Origin: an uncultured delta proteobacterium
Lineage (GTDB): Bacteria; Myxococcota_A; UBA9160; SMWR01
Reading direction: 5' to 3'
Length of the DNA stretch: 64,000 nt
Assembly: GCA_963832165.1 (NCBI GenBank)
Contig: CAWHTE010000004.1
Coordinates: forward strand, 1-64,000
This document shows, piece after piece, positions 39,083 through 47,759 of this stretch. The first letter of the stretch is position 1. Each line of letters begins with the position of its first letter. Made by a program: the position numbers and the translations under genes. Below the pieces are notes generated by a model. That model was not told the origin of the DNA, made no database searches, and worked only from the letters and a program-made list of their open reading frames with translations.

Positions 39083-40273
39083 ATGTCGCGTTGGTGGGTT
39101 CGGCTCGGCTGGTGTGTCTGGCTGTGCAGCGCGTCGATCCATCCGGCGTTCGGCGAGGAGTGCACGGCCGTCGCTGCGGGCGAGGGCGAGGAGATCCAGA
39201 AGTACGCGAACGAGTGCTTCAAGAAGCTCGGCATCGATCCGGCCGAGTTCGCGAAGACGTTCAACTGCGTGGATCCCGACGTCGCCAAGCACCTGAAGGT
39301 CGAGGTCGACGGGGCCGAGGTGAAGACATGCCTCGATACGCGCGAGGGCGAATGCCAGTGGGCGAAGGACAAGGCCGAGCTCGAGGCGACGTTCAAGACA
39401 TGCGACTACCCGGCCTGGCTCGACGACCGCTGCTACGGCGACAGCTACATCCAGGTGCTCACGACCAGCAAGCCCGAGGTGAAGGGCGCGCTGCTTTGCC
39501 GGCACAAGTCGAGGTTCACGGGGCTGTTCGACGACTTCGACGACGTCGCGATGATCGTTCACAACCGCGCGAGCGGAGAGACGTGCTGGTTCCAGTCGAA
39601 CAACGCGGACGGCGATCCGGACATCAAGATGCACGGCCAACAGGTCCCGGGTCCGGCCTGCGAGGGCTCCGAGAGCTTCTGGTACTCGCCCGAAGCCTCG
39701 AGGAATGTCTACTGCATCCACTGCCACGACAGCGGCCCGTGGATGAACAGCCGCTGGATGCGGCGCGCGACGGAATCGCTCGGCAGCGCGTATGAGGAGG
39801 AGACCTCGCCCTATCTCAACAGCACGCCGCCGTTCGATGCGTGGCCCGTGCCGATATTCGTGAAGTACAACAAGCATCTGAAGGAGAAGGACGGCACCGA
39901 GTTCGAGGGCTGCACGGACTGCCACAAGATCGCCGCAGCGCGAACTCTTCCCGGGGCGGCGGTGGACGGGTCGGACATCGAGTACAAGACCTGCGACACC
40001 TGGATCAACCGCACGACCGGCAAGCCGGATGACCCGCTGAAGGCTTTGCTCACCGAGGAAGCCAAGAAGGATCACGTCCAGTACTGGATGCCGGATGGCG
40101 TCGACTTGAGCAAGGCCGATTGGGAGAAGAAATACCGCAAGCACGTCGACGGGCTGATCGCGTGCTGCAAGGCCGTGGGCAAAGGGCCCAATCGGTTGCC
40201 GGACGGTTGCAAGGCCTACTGCCCCGATCAAGCGGACGGCAAGTGCCCGGCCGACCGCTGGCCGTCGTCCTGA
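39083..40273 (+). CDS. Secreted Cys-rich protein with two CxxCH motifs (family B copy 1)
   Basis: Signal peptide; CIHCH and CTDCH; alignable over its full length with 42626..43750. Confidence 0.8.
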   Translation: MSRWWVRLGWCVWLCSASIHPAFGEECTAVAAGEGEEIQKYANECFKKLGIDPAEFAKTFNCVDPDVAKHLKVEVDGAEVKTCLDTREGECQWAKDKAELEATFKTCDYPAWLDDRCYGDSYIQVLTTSKPEVKGALLCRHKSRFTGLFDDFDDVAMIVHNRASGETCWFQSNNADGDPDIKMHGQQVPGPACEGSESFWYSPEASRNVYCIHCHDSGPWMNSRWMRRATESLGSAYEEETSPYLNSTPPFDAWPVPIFVKYNKHLKEKDGTEFEGCTDCHKIAAARTLPGAAVDGSDIEYKTCDTWINRTTGKPDDPLKALLTEEAKKDHVQYWMPDGVDLSKADWEKKYRKHVDGLIACCKAVGKGPNRLPDGCKAYCPDQADGKCPADRWPSS

Positions 40274-40277
40274 CTCG

Positions 40278-42629
40278 CTATTCGGTGTCCGGCAGCTCGT
40301 CCACGAACAGGATCGATTCGTTGCTCTTGGTGCGCGGCGCGGAGACGGTCTTGTTGCCGCGCAGGCGCCACGAGACGTCGTAGAAGTAGTCGTACTGCCC
40401 ATCGGGCAGCATGAACGGAATGCGCGTGGAGAGCTCGCCGCGCGACGTGTTGAGTGTCACCTGCTCGACCTGCTCCTTGCCCGCCAGGTCGTAGTACAGG
40501 CGCACGGTCGTCGCGCGGACGTCCTTCACGTTCTCGGGGTCGGCCTCGAGGCTCACGCTGCGGATCTGGTAGGGCGGCACTGCGCGGATTCCGCTCGCAT
40601 TGGTGCGCTGCCACGGCTCCTCGACGTCTTGTCCGCCGAAGAAGCTCCAGACCGCGCGCCACTCGTACTCGAGCCACTCGTTGCGGTCGTCGTCGCCCTT
40701 CCAGCCGTAGAGCATGCGGAAGCGGTTGCCCTCCGCGTTGAAGTTCTTCCGGTCGATCCGGACCTCGTCCACCGTGATCTCGCCGTTCTGGTGCGTCTTG
40801 CGCATCTGCACGCTGACGAAGTTGACGAACTTGCCGAAGTCGTCGCCGTTCATGCCGTCGACGTACACGGCGATCTCGCGCTGCTTGTAGAGCGGATCGT
40901 CGAGGTTGGCCTTGCGGAAGTACTGCGGGTCCTCGAGATATTGCTGGAGGTCGCCGATGTTCTCGTCGAAACGGACGGGTAGCTCGCCGTTCGAGTATTT
41001 CTCGAGGTTGTAGCGGAACTCGCCCGAGCGCTTGACCTTCTTGAGCTCGTAGCTCGCGAACCCGACGATCGCGGGCCGCTCTTCGGTTCCCGCGGTCGCC
41101 ACCTCGGAGTTGCCCGCGGCCTTGCGGCCGGCATCGGCCGCGTTCTTGGCCTTCGTGGCCTCCTCGCGCGCGCCCTTCAGCTGGGCTTCGAGGTCCTTGA
41201 TTTCCTTTTCCTTCGCAGCGATCTCGGGGTTCGCGTTCGGCGCGGTGGGCTTCTCCGCGGGCTTCTCCGGGGTGGGCTTGACCGCAGTGGGTTTCTCCGC
41301 GGGCTTTTCCGCGGGCTTCACCGGGGTGGGCTTCTCCGCGGGTTTCTCCGCAGGCTTCTCTGCAGGCTTTTCCGCGGGCTTCTCTGCGGGTTTCTCCGCC
41401 GTCTCCGCAGGTTTTTCCGCGGGCTTCTCCGGCGCGGGTTTTTTCACTACCGCTGCGCGCGACGCGGTCTGCTTCGACTTGAGCTCAACGAGTTCCTTCT
41501 CCGCCTTGCGCAGCTTCTCTTCGAGCTCGGTCACACGCGCATTCGCCTTGTCCGACTCCTTCTCCAGTCGCGCGACCTCGGCCTTGTCCACCTCCGCGCG
41601 TTTCCCCTTCTCGCGCGCGGCGAGATTCTCCTTGCGGATCGCCTCCGCCTTCTGCTGGAGGGATTCGTTTCCGCCCGCGGCACCGTCCTTCTTCGCGTCG
41701 GCGAGCGGATCGGGGATGCCCTTGTTCTTGTCGAAGAGCAGATTCATGAACAGGTCATGGGTCTGACCGACCAGCCTGTTGAACTGCTCGTCGCCGCCGC
41801 CCCCGATGATCTGGATGTCGATCACCTTCTTCTCGATCAGCTCATCCATCGCCGAGCTGAGCTTGAACTCGAACTGGGGCGTGGCGACCGCGGCCTTGAT
41901 CGCCTCGTGTTCGTAGACCTGGTCCAGGTTCGCGACGATCGTGGCCTTCGCGGGCGACCAGTATCCGGGCAGCTTCATGTCGAACGAGAAGCTGATGTCG
42001 GGCGTCGCCATCTGGAACGACTGCCACAGGATCTGCGCACCCATCTTCGTGAGCTGGAGCGACACCGCCGCCTTGCCGCCTTCGAGCACCGGGGCGTTTC
42101 CGAGACCCACGACGCGCTTCACGAGCTCGCCATTGTCCTGCTGGAACGCGGAGACGAGCGCGAACGTGCCGCTGCGGTAGATCGCGGGGCCGACGATCTT
42201 CGCGCCCGGGGTCTGCGCGTCGAGCGCGTGCTGAGCGCGCTCGATCTGCGCCTGTGGGACGTCGAGCGAGACCACCGCGTGCAGGATCCCGCCGCCGATC
42301 CCCTCCTTCGGTGCGTCGTCCGATCCAGTTCCCTCGACGTTCTGCACGTAGCGCAGGAACGAGAACTGCGGGCGGCCCTGCGGATCGCGTCCGAGCCGCG
42401 GCGTCATCGGGGCATAGAGATACGACTTGGGATCGCCGACCACCGGGAAGAGCATCAGGCCAGCGGCCTTCACGGGCTGGTCGAGCACGATCCGGCCGCC
42501 GCCTTCGCCGGACGGAGCAGCGGCGGTCGCATTCGGAGCGCGCGGACGTACCGACTCGGCCAGCGCCGGGCTCGCTGCGGCGGACGCGATCGCGATCGCC
42601 AACCAGAACGCGAGCACGGCGGACCTCAC
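40278..42629 (-). CDS. Secreted hypothetical protein, family A copy 7, with coiled-coil/PAEK-repeat insertion
   Basis: GTG 42629; signal peptide; YLYAP..FSFLRY, GNAPVLEG, ATPDIS, FRKANLDDPLY, YGWKGDDDR. Confidence 0.85.
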   Translation of the reverse strand: MRSAVLAFWLAIAIASAAASPALAESVRPRAPNATAAAPSGEGGGRIVLDQPVKAAGLMLFPVVGDPKSYLYAPMTPRLGRDPQGRPQFSFLRYVQNVEGTGSDDAPKEGIGGGILHAVVSLDVPQAQIERAQHALDAQTPGAKIVGPAIYRSGTFALVSAFQQDNGELVKRVVGLGNAPVLEGGKAAVSLQLTKMGAQILWQSFQMATPDISFSFDMKLPGYWSPAKATIVANLDQVYEHEAIKAAVATPQFEFKLSSAMDELIEKKVIDIQIIGGGGDEQFNRLVGQTHDLFMNLLFDKNKGIPDPLADAKKDGAAGGNESLQQKAEAIRKENLAAREKGKRAEVDKAEVARLEKESDKANARVTELEEKLRKAEKELVELKSKQTASRAAVVKKPAPEKPAEKPAETAEKPAEKPAEKPAEKPAEKPAEKPTPVKPAEKPAEKPTAVKPTPEKPAEKPTAPNANPEIAAKEKEIKDLEAQLKGAREEATKAKNAADAGRKAAGNSEVATAGTEERPAIVGFASYELKKVKRSGEFRYNLEKYSNGELPVRFDENIGDLQQYLEDPQYFRKANLDDPLYKQREIAVYVDGMNGDDFGKFVNFVSVQMRKTHQNGEITVDEVRIDRKNFNAEGNRFRMLYGWKGDDDRNEWLEYEWRAVWSFFGGQDVEEPWQRTNASGIRAVPPYQIRSVSLEADPENVKDVRATTVRLYYDLAGKEQVEQVTLNTSRGELSTRIPFMLPDGQYDYFYDVSWRLRGNKTVSAPRTKSNESILFVDELPDTE
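41248..41436 (-). repeat. 12-bp coding tandem repeat (PAEK)n
   Basis: Repeated ggg(c/t)tt(c/t)tc(c/t)gc units with synonymous variation. Confidence 0.85.
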
Positions 42630-43750
42630 GGGGTCACCGGGCAGTTGCCGTCGGCGTCCTCGGCCATCGGGCAGGAGGCCGTCACGGATTCCACCTGACA
42701 TCCATTCGGCCATTGGCTCTCGGGCTTTCCACTGCCGACCGCTTTGCAGCACGCGACGATCCTCTCGACCTTGTCGTGATAGGTCTTGTTCCATTCGCCT
42801 TCGCTCGTCAGGCCGTGCCCATCGGGCATCCAATGGGTCACTTCGAAGCTCTGCCCCATGGTGCTGGCTCTCGCGTGGACCTTGCCGGTCGCGAGTCGGA
42901 TCCAGGCGTCGCAGGTGCGGAAGTCGGGCCCGCCGATCGAGTTGGCGCGGTCGACGCTCGCGCGCGCGGCCGCGATGTGGTGGCACATCGTGCAGGTGTC
43001 GTCGCCGTCGATCTCGACGAACTTGGGCTCGGGCCACGTGTCGAACGGCGGCTCGCTGTTCTTGTAGGGGCCGTTGTCACCCGCGAGATCGCTTCCAATC
43101 GTGTTGTTCATCCAGCGGCTGTTCATCCACGGTCCGCTGTCGTGGCACTTGATGCACATGACATCGCGGGTGTCGGACGGCTTCATCCAGAAGTCGTGAC
43201 CGCTCACCGTGGCCGGACCCGGCACGATCGTGCCATCGAGATGCTGCGATTTCCCATCCTCGGTCTGAAACCAGCACGTCTCGCCATTGCCGCGGTTGTG
43301 CACGATCATCGCGATGTCGTCGAAGCCGGTGACGAGGTTCCCCTCCAGATCGAGCAGAGGAGCCGGCCCGAGGCCCCAGCGCGTCTTGTGCCGACACAAG
43401 AGCGCCGCCTTGACCTGCGGGTTCGACGGCGTCGGCACGACCTGGATGTAGCTGTGCCCGTAGCACTTGTTGTCGAGCCACGTCCCGTAGTCGCAGGCGT
43501 CGGGAATCTCCTTGGCACAGCCCGCGTCCTTGCACAGGTCCAGGTCCTGGACGACGCCCTCGACCGTCGAGACGAGCCGTTTGCCCTTCGTGCAGTCGAA
43601 CGAGCCCTTCAGGTCGTCTGCATCGAGGTGCAGGCGTTCGAAGCAGCTCTTGGCGTACTCCCAGACGTCGGGGTCGCTGTCCGCCGCAGCCGGCCCGGAC
43701 CCGGCGAGGAGTAGAACGACGGCGGCGGTCGCGATGCGTCCCACCTTCAC
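42626..43750 (-). CDS. Secreted Cys-rich protein with two CxxCH motifs (family B copy 2)
   Basis: GTG 43750 overlaps the upstream stop; signal peptide; CIKCH and CTMCH. Confidence 0.8.
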   Translation of the reverse strand: MKVGRIATAAVVLLLAGSGPAAADSDPDVWEYAKSCFERLHLDADDLKGSFDCTKGKRLVSTVEGVVQDLDLCKDAGCAKEIPDACDYGTWLDNKCYGHSYIQVVPTPSNPQVKAALLCRHKTRWGLGPAPLLDLEGNLVTGFDDIAMIVHNRGNGETCWFQTEDGKSQHLDGTIVPGPATVSGHDFWMKPSDTRDVMCIKCHDSGPWMNSRWMNNTIGSDLAGDNGPYKNSEPPFDTWPEPKFVEIDGDDTCTMCHHIAAARASVDRANSIGGPDFRTCDAWIRLATGKVHARASTMGQSFEVTHWMPDGHGLTSEGEWNKTYHDKVERIVACCKAVGSGKPESQWPNGCQVESVTASCPMAEDADGNCPVTP

Positions 43751-44499
43751 TCCTCTGTCAGATCCGCCTTGTCCGGCGTCGAACCCGAGAGACAGTGCAT
43801 GAAGTGCGCCCACCCGTCTGCCGCGTAGAAGTTTCCGCACCGGATCTCGCAGTCGAACAGCCCGCAGTAGCTTTCCTCACCGCTCTCTTCGCGAACGCCC
43901 ACGAGGTGCGCGCTCTCGTGAATGAGCGTGCGGATCCGCTGCTCGGGCGAGCTCTTCTCCTTGGCGAAGAATCCCGGACAGAGCTGGATCGGCGGCGACG
44001 TACCCAGGACGTAGGCGGCGCGTCCGGTGCAGTTCGTATCCTCGGCGGACGCGCACGCTGTGGGCAGGTCCGCGTTCGAGACACGGTTGCGGATCTTCTC
44101 CGAGATCTCGACGACCTGCTCGAAGTCGAGGTCGTCGTCGATCAGCTTCGCGGCCAGGCTCTCCGCCTCGCGCTGATCGTTCGTTCCCGTCGACGGATGC
44201 AGCCCGCGCGCGCGATCGGTTGCGGTCTGGGTCCGGATCGCCGCGGCCTTGCGCGCGGTCTCGATCTGCTCCTCCTGGGCGGGCGTGCACCCCTCTGCCG
44301 CCACGCGGCTCTGTACGGTCGGATTCGGCTTCTTGACGATCTTGCTCGGATCCGGCTTGGCCGCTGAGCGCGTCCGGGCTTTTTCCGACTTCTGCTTGAT
44401 CACGGGTTTCGCGGCGGGCTCTTCGGCAAGCAGCGCGGACGGGCATGCGAGCACCATCCACATCACGACGGATCCAGCGATCAACCGGTTTCGCTTCAT
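43747..44499 (-). CDS. Secreted M35/aspzincin-like zinc metallopeptidase
   Basis: Signal peptide; 'C...AAYV....IQLCPGFF', HExxH in 'TLIHESAHL', 'ADGWAHF'. Confidence 0.75.
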   Translation of the reverse strand: MKRNRLIAGSVVMWMVLACPSALLAEEPAAKPVIKQKSEKARTRSAAKPDPSKIVKKPNPTVQSRVAAEGCTPAQEEQIETARKAAAIRTQTATDRARGLHPSTGTNDQREAESLAAKLIDDDLDFEQVVEISEKIRNRVSNADLPTACASAEDTNCTGRAAYVLGTSPPIQLCPGFFAKEKSSPEQRIRTLIHESAHLVGVREESGEESYCGLFDCEIRCGNFYAADGWAHFMHCLSGSTPDKADLTEE

Positions 44500-44552
44500 C
44501 TCGACGTCGACCTCCCTGCTCGAGACCGCCGCATCTTATCGCGTCGGGGGGA

Positions 44553-46409
44553 TTAACTCCGCGGCACGAAGAAGAAATCGCCGCTTTCGTGGCCGGCGAA
44601 CTTGATCGGTGCGTACTGCGGCAGCTGCTCGAACTGCTGCGCCTCGGCGGCCCAGGCCACGCGCGCCGAGATCTCCTGGAACAGCCGCTGCCCTTCGATC
44701 GCCTCCTGGGCTTCCCCGAGCACGGTGAGCAGCGCCTTGGCGAAGATCGAGTGATCGCCGCCGCCCGAGTCGAGCACGGGAGCGATGCCACCCGAGGTCA
44801 GCGCGGTGCGCGACTTCTTGCCGGCCATCCCGCGCATCCAGGCCATGCGCGCCTCCTTCGTCATGCCGGCTTCGAGGCGCGCGAGTGACGAGCGCGTGAG
44901 GGCGCCCGAATAGCACGAGTCGGCCACGACGATGATGTGTTTCGCCGACATCGCGTTGAGCAGATCGGTCAGATCCACGTTCGAGATCCAGTTGGCCGTG
45001 CTCGCGGGCTCGGCGTCGGTCGGGAGCCAGTGGCCGCGGCTGTTCGCGCGGTCGAGCTCGCCGTGACCGGCGTAGAAGATCAGCAGGTTGTCCTTCTCGG
45101 TGAGCTTGCCGCGCAGCGTGTTGAGCGCGGACAGGATGTCGTAGCGGGTCGCGTCGAGCAGCGTCGTGACCTCGAAGCCGAACTTCTTCTCGAGCAGCTT
45201 GCCGAGCTCGCGCGCGTCGGCGCGCGCGGTGGCGAGGTCGTGCACCTCGGGATTCTTGTAGCTGTCGTTGCCGATCACGAGCGCGTAGTAGCGGCCGAAG
45301 TCGATCGCGGGCTCGGACGGGCGCACGGGCTCCCCGGCGGCCTCGCGCGTTCCGGGCTCGAGCACGAACACGCGATCCGCACGGCCGCCCTGGCGATCCG
45401 TGGCCACGATCGTGATCTTGGTCCCCTGCGCTCCCACGATCACCTCCGAGCGGAACATTCCCTTGTCGGTGACGGGAAGTGACGCGTCGTTGAGCGTGAG
45501 GCTCATGAGGCCGGCCGGCGCCTCGACGTGGCCGACCAACACGCGCCGGGTATCCGCGACGATCGTCTGCACGAGAGTCACGCCGCGCGTGATCGGCACC
45601 TTGGGATCGAGGATCTGGATCGTCGGAGCCGGCAGCTTCACACCGGGCGGCGGCTTCGCGGCGATCTGCACGCGCAGCGCGTCCGCTTCGTTGCGCAGCC
45701 GATCGACCTCGACCTCGAGCTGCGAGACGCGCACCGCGCCATCCGCGCTCGCGTTCGAGCGGTCGCGGCGCAGCTCGTCGAGCTCCTGTCGCAGGCGCTC
45801 GACCTCCTGCTCGCGGCGGCGGAGATCCTGCTTGAGCTGGTCGAGCTCGCCGCTCGACGGCGCCGAGGGCTGGAAGTTCACCTCGAGATCGGCGAGCCCC
45901 GACGCGCGCCGATACCACGCGAGCGCCTGGGCCGGGTCGCGCGGCACGCCGCGGCCGAGCTCGTAGAGCTGGCCGAGATTGATCTGCGCGGGAGCCCAGC
46001 CCTGGTCGGCCGCGCGCCGATACCACGTGGCCGCGGCCTCGTAGTCGGACGCGAGGCCCATGCCCTTCTCGTAGATCTCGCCGACGTAGGTCTGCGCCTG
46101 CGCGTCGCCCGCTTTGGCGGGCTCGAGCCACACGGCGAGTGCCGTCGCGTAGCTCGCGCGGTCGTAGGCCGTGTACTCCCCGCCGCGGATCGCGCAGTCG
46201 CTGCCCGTGGTCTTGATCGCGCGCCGCGCCGTGAGGTAGGTCATCTGCTGCCCGAGCCGGCGCACCTTGCCCGGCAGCAGGCAGTCCACCACGAGCAGCT
46301 CGCCGGATTCCTGCGCCGTGCTCTCTCCGGGGCGCGGCGCGACGTCGCTCGCGCAGGCGAGCGCGAGCCCGCCTGCGCAGAGCCATGCCTGGGTCCGGAA
46401 CGCGCTCAT
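44553..46409 (-). CDS. Lipoprotein with SEL1 repeats, coiled coil and C-terminal caspase-like peptidase C14
   Basis: Lipobox 'LALAC'; SEL1 'AQTYVGEIYEKGMG..WYRRAADQG'; 'YYALVIGNDSY', FYAGHG, ADSCYSG. Confidence 0.9.
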   Translation of the reverse strand: MSAFRTQAWLCAGGLALACASDVAPRPGESTAQESGELLVVDCLLPGKVRRLGQQMTYLTARRAIKTTGSDCAIRGGEYTAYDRASYATALAVWLEPAKAGDAQAQTYVGEIYEKGMGLASDYEAAATWYRRAADQGWAPAQINLGQLYELGRGVPRDPAQALAWYRRASGLADLEVNFQPSAPSSGELDQLKQDLRRREQEVERLRQELDELRRDRSNASADGAVRVSQLEVEVDRLRNEADALRVQIAAKPPPGVKLPAPTIQILDPKVPITRGVTLVQTIVADTRRVLVGHVEAPAGLMSLTLNDASLPVTDKGMFRSEVIVGAQGTKITIVATDRQGGRADRVFVLEPGTREAAGEPVRPSEPAIDFGRYYALVIGNDSYKNPEVHDLATARADARELGKLLEKKFGFEVTTLLDATRYDILSALNTLRGKLTEKDNLLIFYAGHGELDRANSRGHWLPTDAEPASTANWISNVDLTDLLNAMSAKHIIVVADSCYSGALTRSSLARLEAGMTKEARMAWMRGMAGKKSRTALTSGGIAPVLDSGGGDHSIFAKALLTVLGEAQEAIEGQRLFQEISARVAWAAEAQQFEQLPQYAPIKFAGHESGDFFFVPRS

Positions 46410-46453
46410 GGATGGCGGTCCATCGACCCCGCCATCCTATCACCCCGCGCCGA

Positions 46454-47665
46454 TCAGAACTCGATCCGCCCACCCGCTGTGAAGCGGTGATGCTCGACGT
46501 CGCTCAGGGCGAGCACCGTGTCGTAGTCGATGAAGGCGGAGATGCCGTGGGCGAACCCCGCCGATACGCCGGCGCCGAGGCGCCCATAGTCGCGGTCCGG
46601 GGAGTCGGTGCGCGAGATCAACACGTCGTTGACCGGGTTGGAGTTCAAGAACAGGCGCGCGTCGATGTTGCGCGCGTCGTTCTCGAACTCGTGCTCCCAG
46701 GTGGCGCGCAGGTGCGGGACGATCACCCCGAATCCGGTCGAGATCGCATACGAGGCCTCGGCCCCGAGGCTCGACACGAGCGACGTGATGTCCTGGTCGT
46801 CGTATTTGAGCGGGAACGCCTGCACCTGCGATTCGGAATAGCCGTCGATCCAGGTCTGGCGGTAGTCGATTCCCGCGATCGGTCCGACTCCGAGAGCGTC
46901 GAACGCGAACTCGTAGCCGCCGCTCAGGCTGAAGCCGACCTGATTCGCATCCGTGTCGCCCTTGGCCGAGGCGAGGAAGACCGCCTCGTCGAGCAGCACG
47001 ATCGGGCGATCGTACTCGTAGTCGAGATAGGTGTAGGTCACGATTCCATCGACGTGGAACGGACCCGAGAAGAAGCTCGCGTAGAGCGACGGGGTGTACG
47101 AGTCGGATTCGACCTCGCCGCCGCCGGTGTTGAAGCCGGATCCGTTCGCGGCCGCGATCTCGTCGAACTCGCTGTTCTGGCGGTTCCAGCCGAAGCCGAA
47201 GCCGGCCACGAACGAATCGCTCAGGCGATAGTCCACGCCGGCCTGCACGCCGCCGCCCCAGACCTCATACTCATCCGCCTCGCCGCGCGCGTCGACCTCT
47301 CCGAAGCCGCCCGAGCCGTTCAGGAAGGCACCGAGTCGCGACGCGCCATCCTCCTCACGCGCCTGCTCGAGCCGGTCGGCCTCGGCCGACACCTGGGTGT
47401 CGGTCGTCTGGGTCGCCGTGCTGCTGGCCGCGCTCTGCTCGCGCGGAGACACCTGCAATGCGTCCTGGGTCTGCTGCGCGCCGACGCCGAAGGCGACGTC
47501 GCAGCTCTGCGCCGCGAGATTCGGATCGCTGGCCGTACCACACAGACCCGCCATCACGGCGGTCGTGCGCGCGACGAGATCCGCTTGATTCGTCGCAGCC
47601 GCGGGCGCACACCACAACACCAACGCGAAACCAAAGAAGAGGCGGAACACGATGCGATCGGACAT
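46454..47665 (-). CDS. Autotransporter-type outer-membrane beta-barrel with a very short passenger
   Basis: Signal peptide; 'GVQAGVDYRL', 'IDGYSES', 'PHLRATWEHEFEN'; C-terminal Phe (GGRIEF). Confidence 0.85.
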   Translation of the reverse strand: MSDRIVFRLFFGFALVLWCAPAAATNQADLVARTTAVMAGLCGTASDPNLAAQSCDVAFGVGAQQTQDALQVSPREQSAASSTATQTTDTQVSAEADRLEQAREEDGASRLGAFLNGSGGFGEVDARGEADEYEVWGGGVQAGVDYRLSDSFVAGFGFGWNRQNSEFDEIAAANGSGFNTGGGEVESDSYTPSLYASFFSGPFHVDGIVTYTYLDYEYDRPIVLLDEAVFLASAKGDTDANQVGFSLSGGYEFAFDALGVGPIAGIDYRQTWIDGYSESQVQAFPLKYDDQDITSLVSSLGAEASYAISTGFGVIVPHLRATWEHEFENDARNIDARLFLNSNPVNDVLISRTDSPDRDYGRLGAGVSAGFAHGISAFIDYDTVLALSDVEHHRFTAGGRIEF

Positions 47666-47759
47666 GGGTTCTCTCTCTTGGTTAGGGGAGGAGCCGCCAG
47701 ACCATACGGGATTCCGCGCGCGATGAGAACACTGGAGCGCGTAGTGGATCGGACCGCGC

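Noticed and set aside
41248..41436. 12-bp repeat tract as a non-coding or phase-variable element
   Set aside because: It is in frame with third-position variation, so it is a protein repeat (PAEK).
20298..47665. Prophage, T6SS/eCIS or integrative element
   Set aside because: No integrase, tail, sheath, tube, VgrG or ATPase genes, att repeats or adjacent tRNA were seen.
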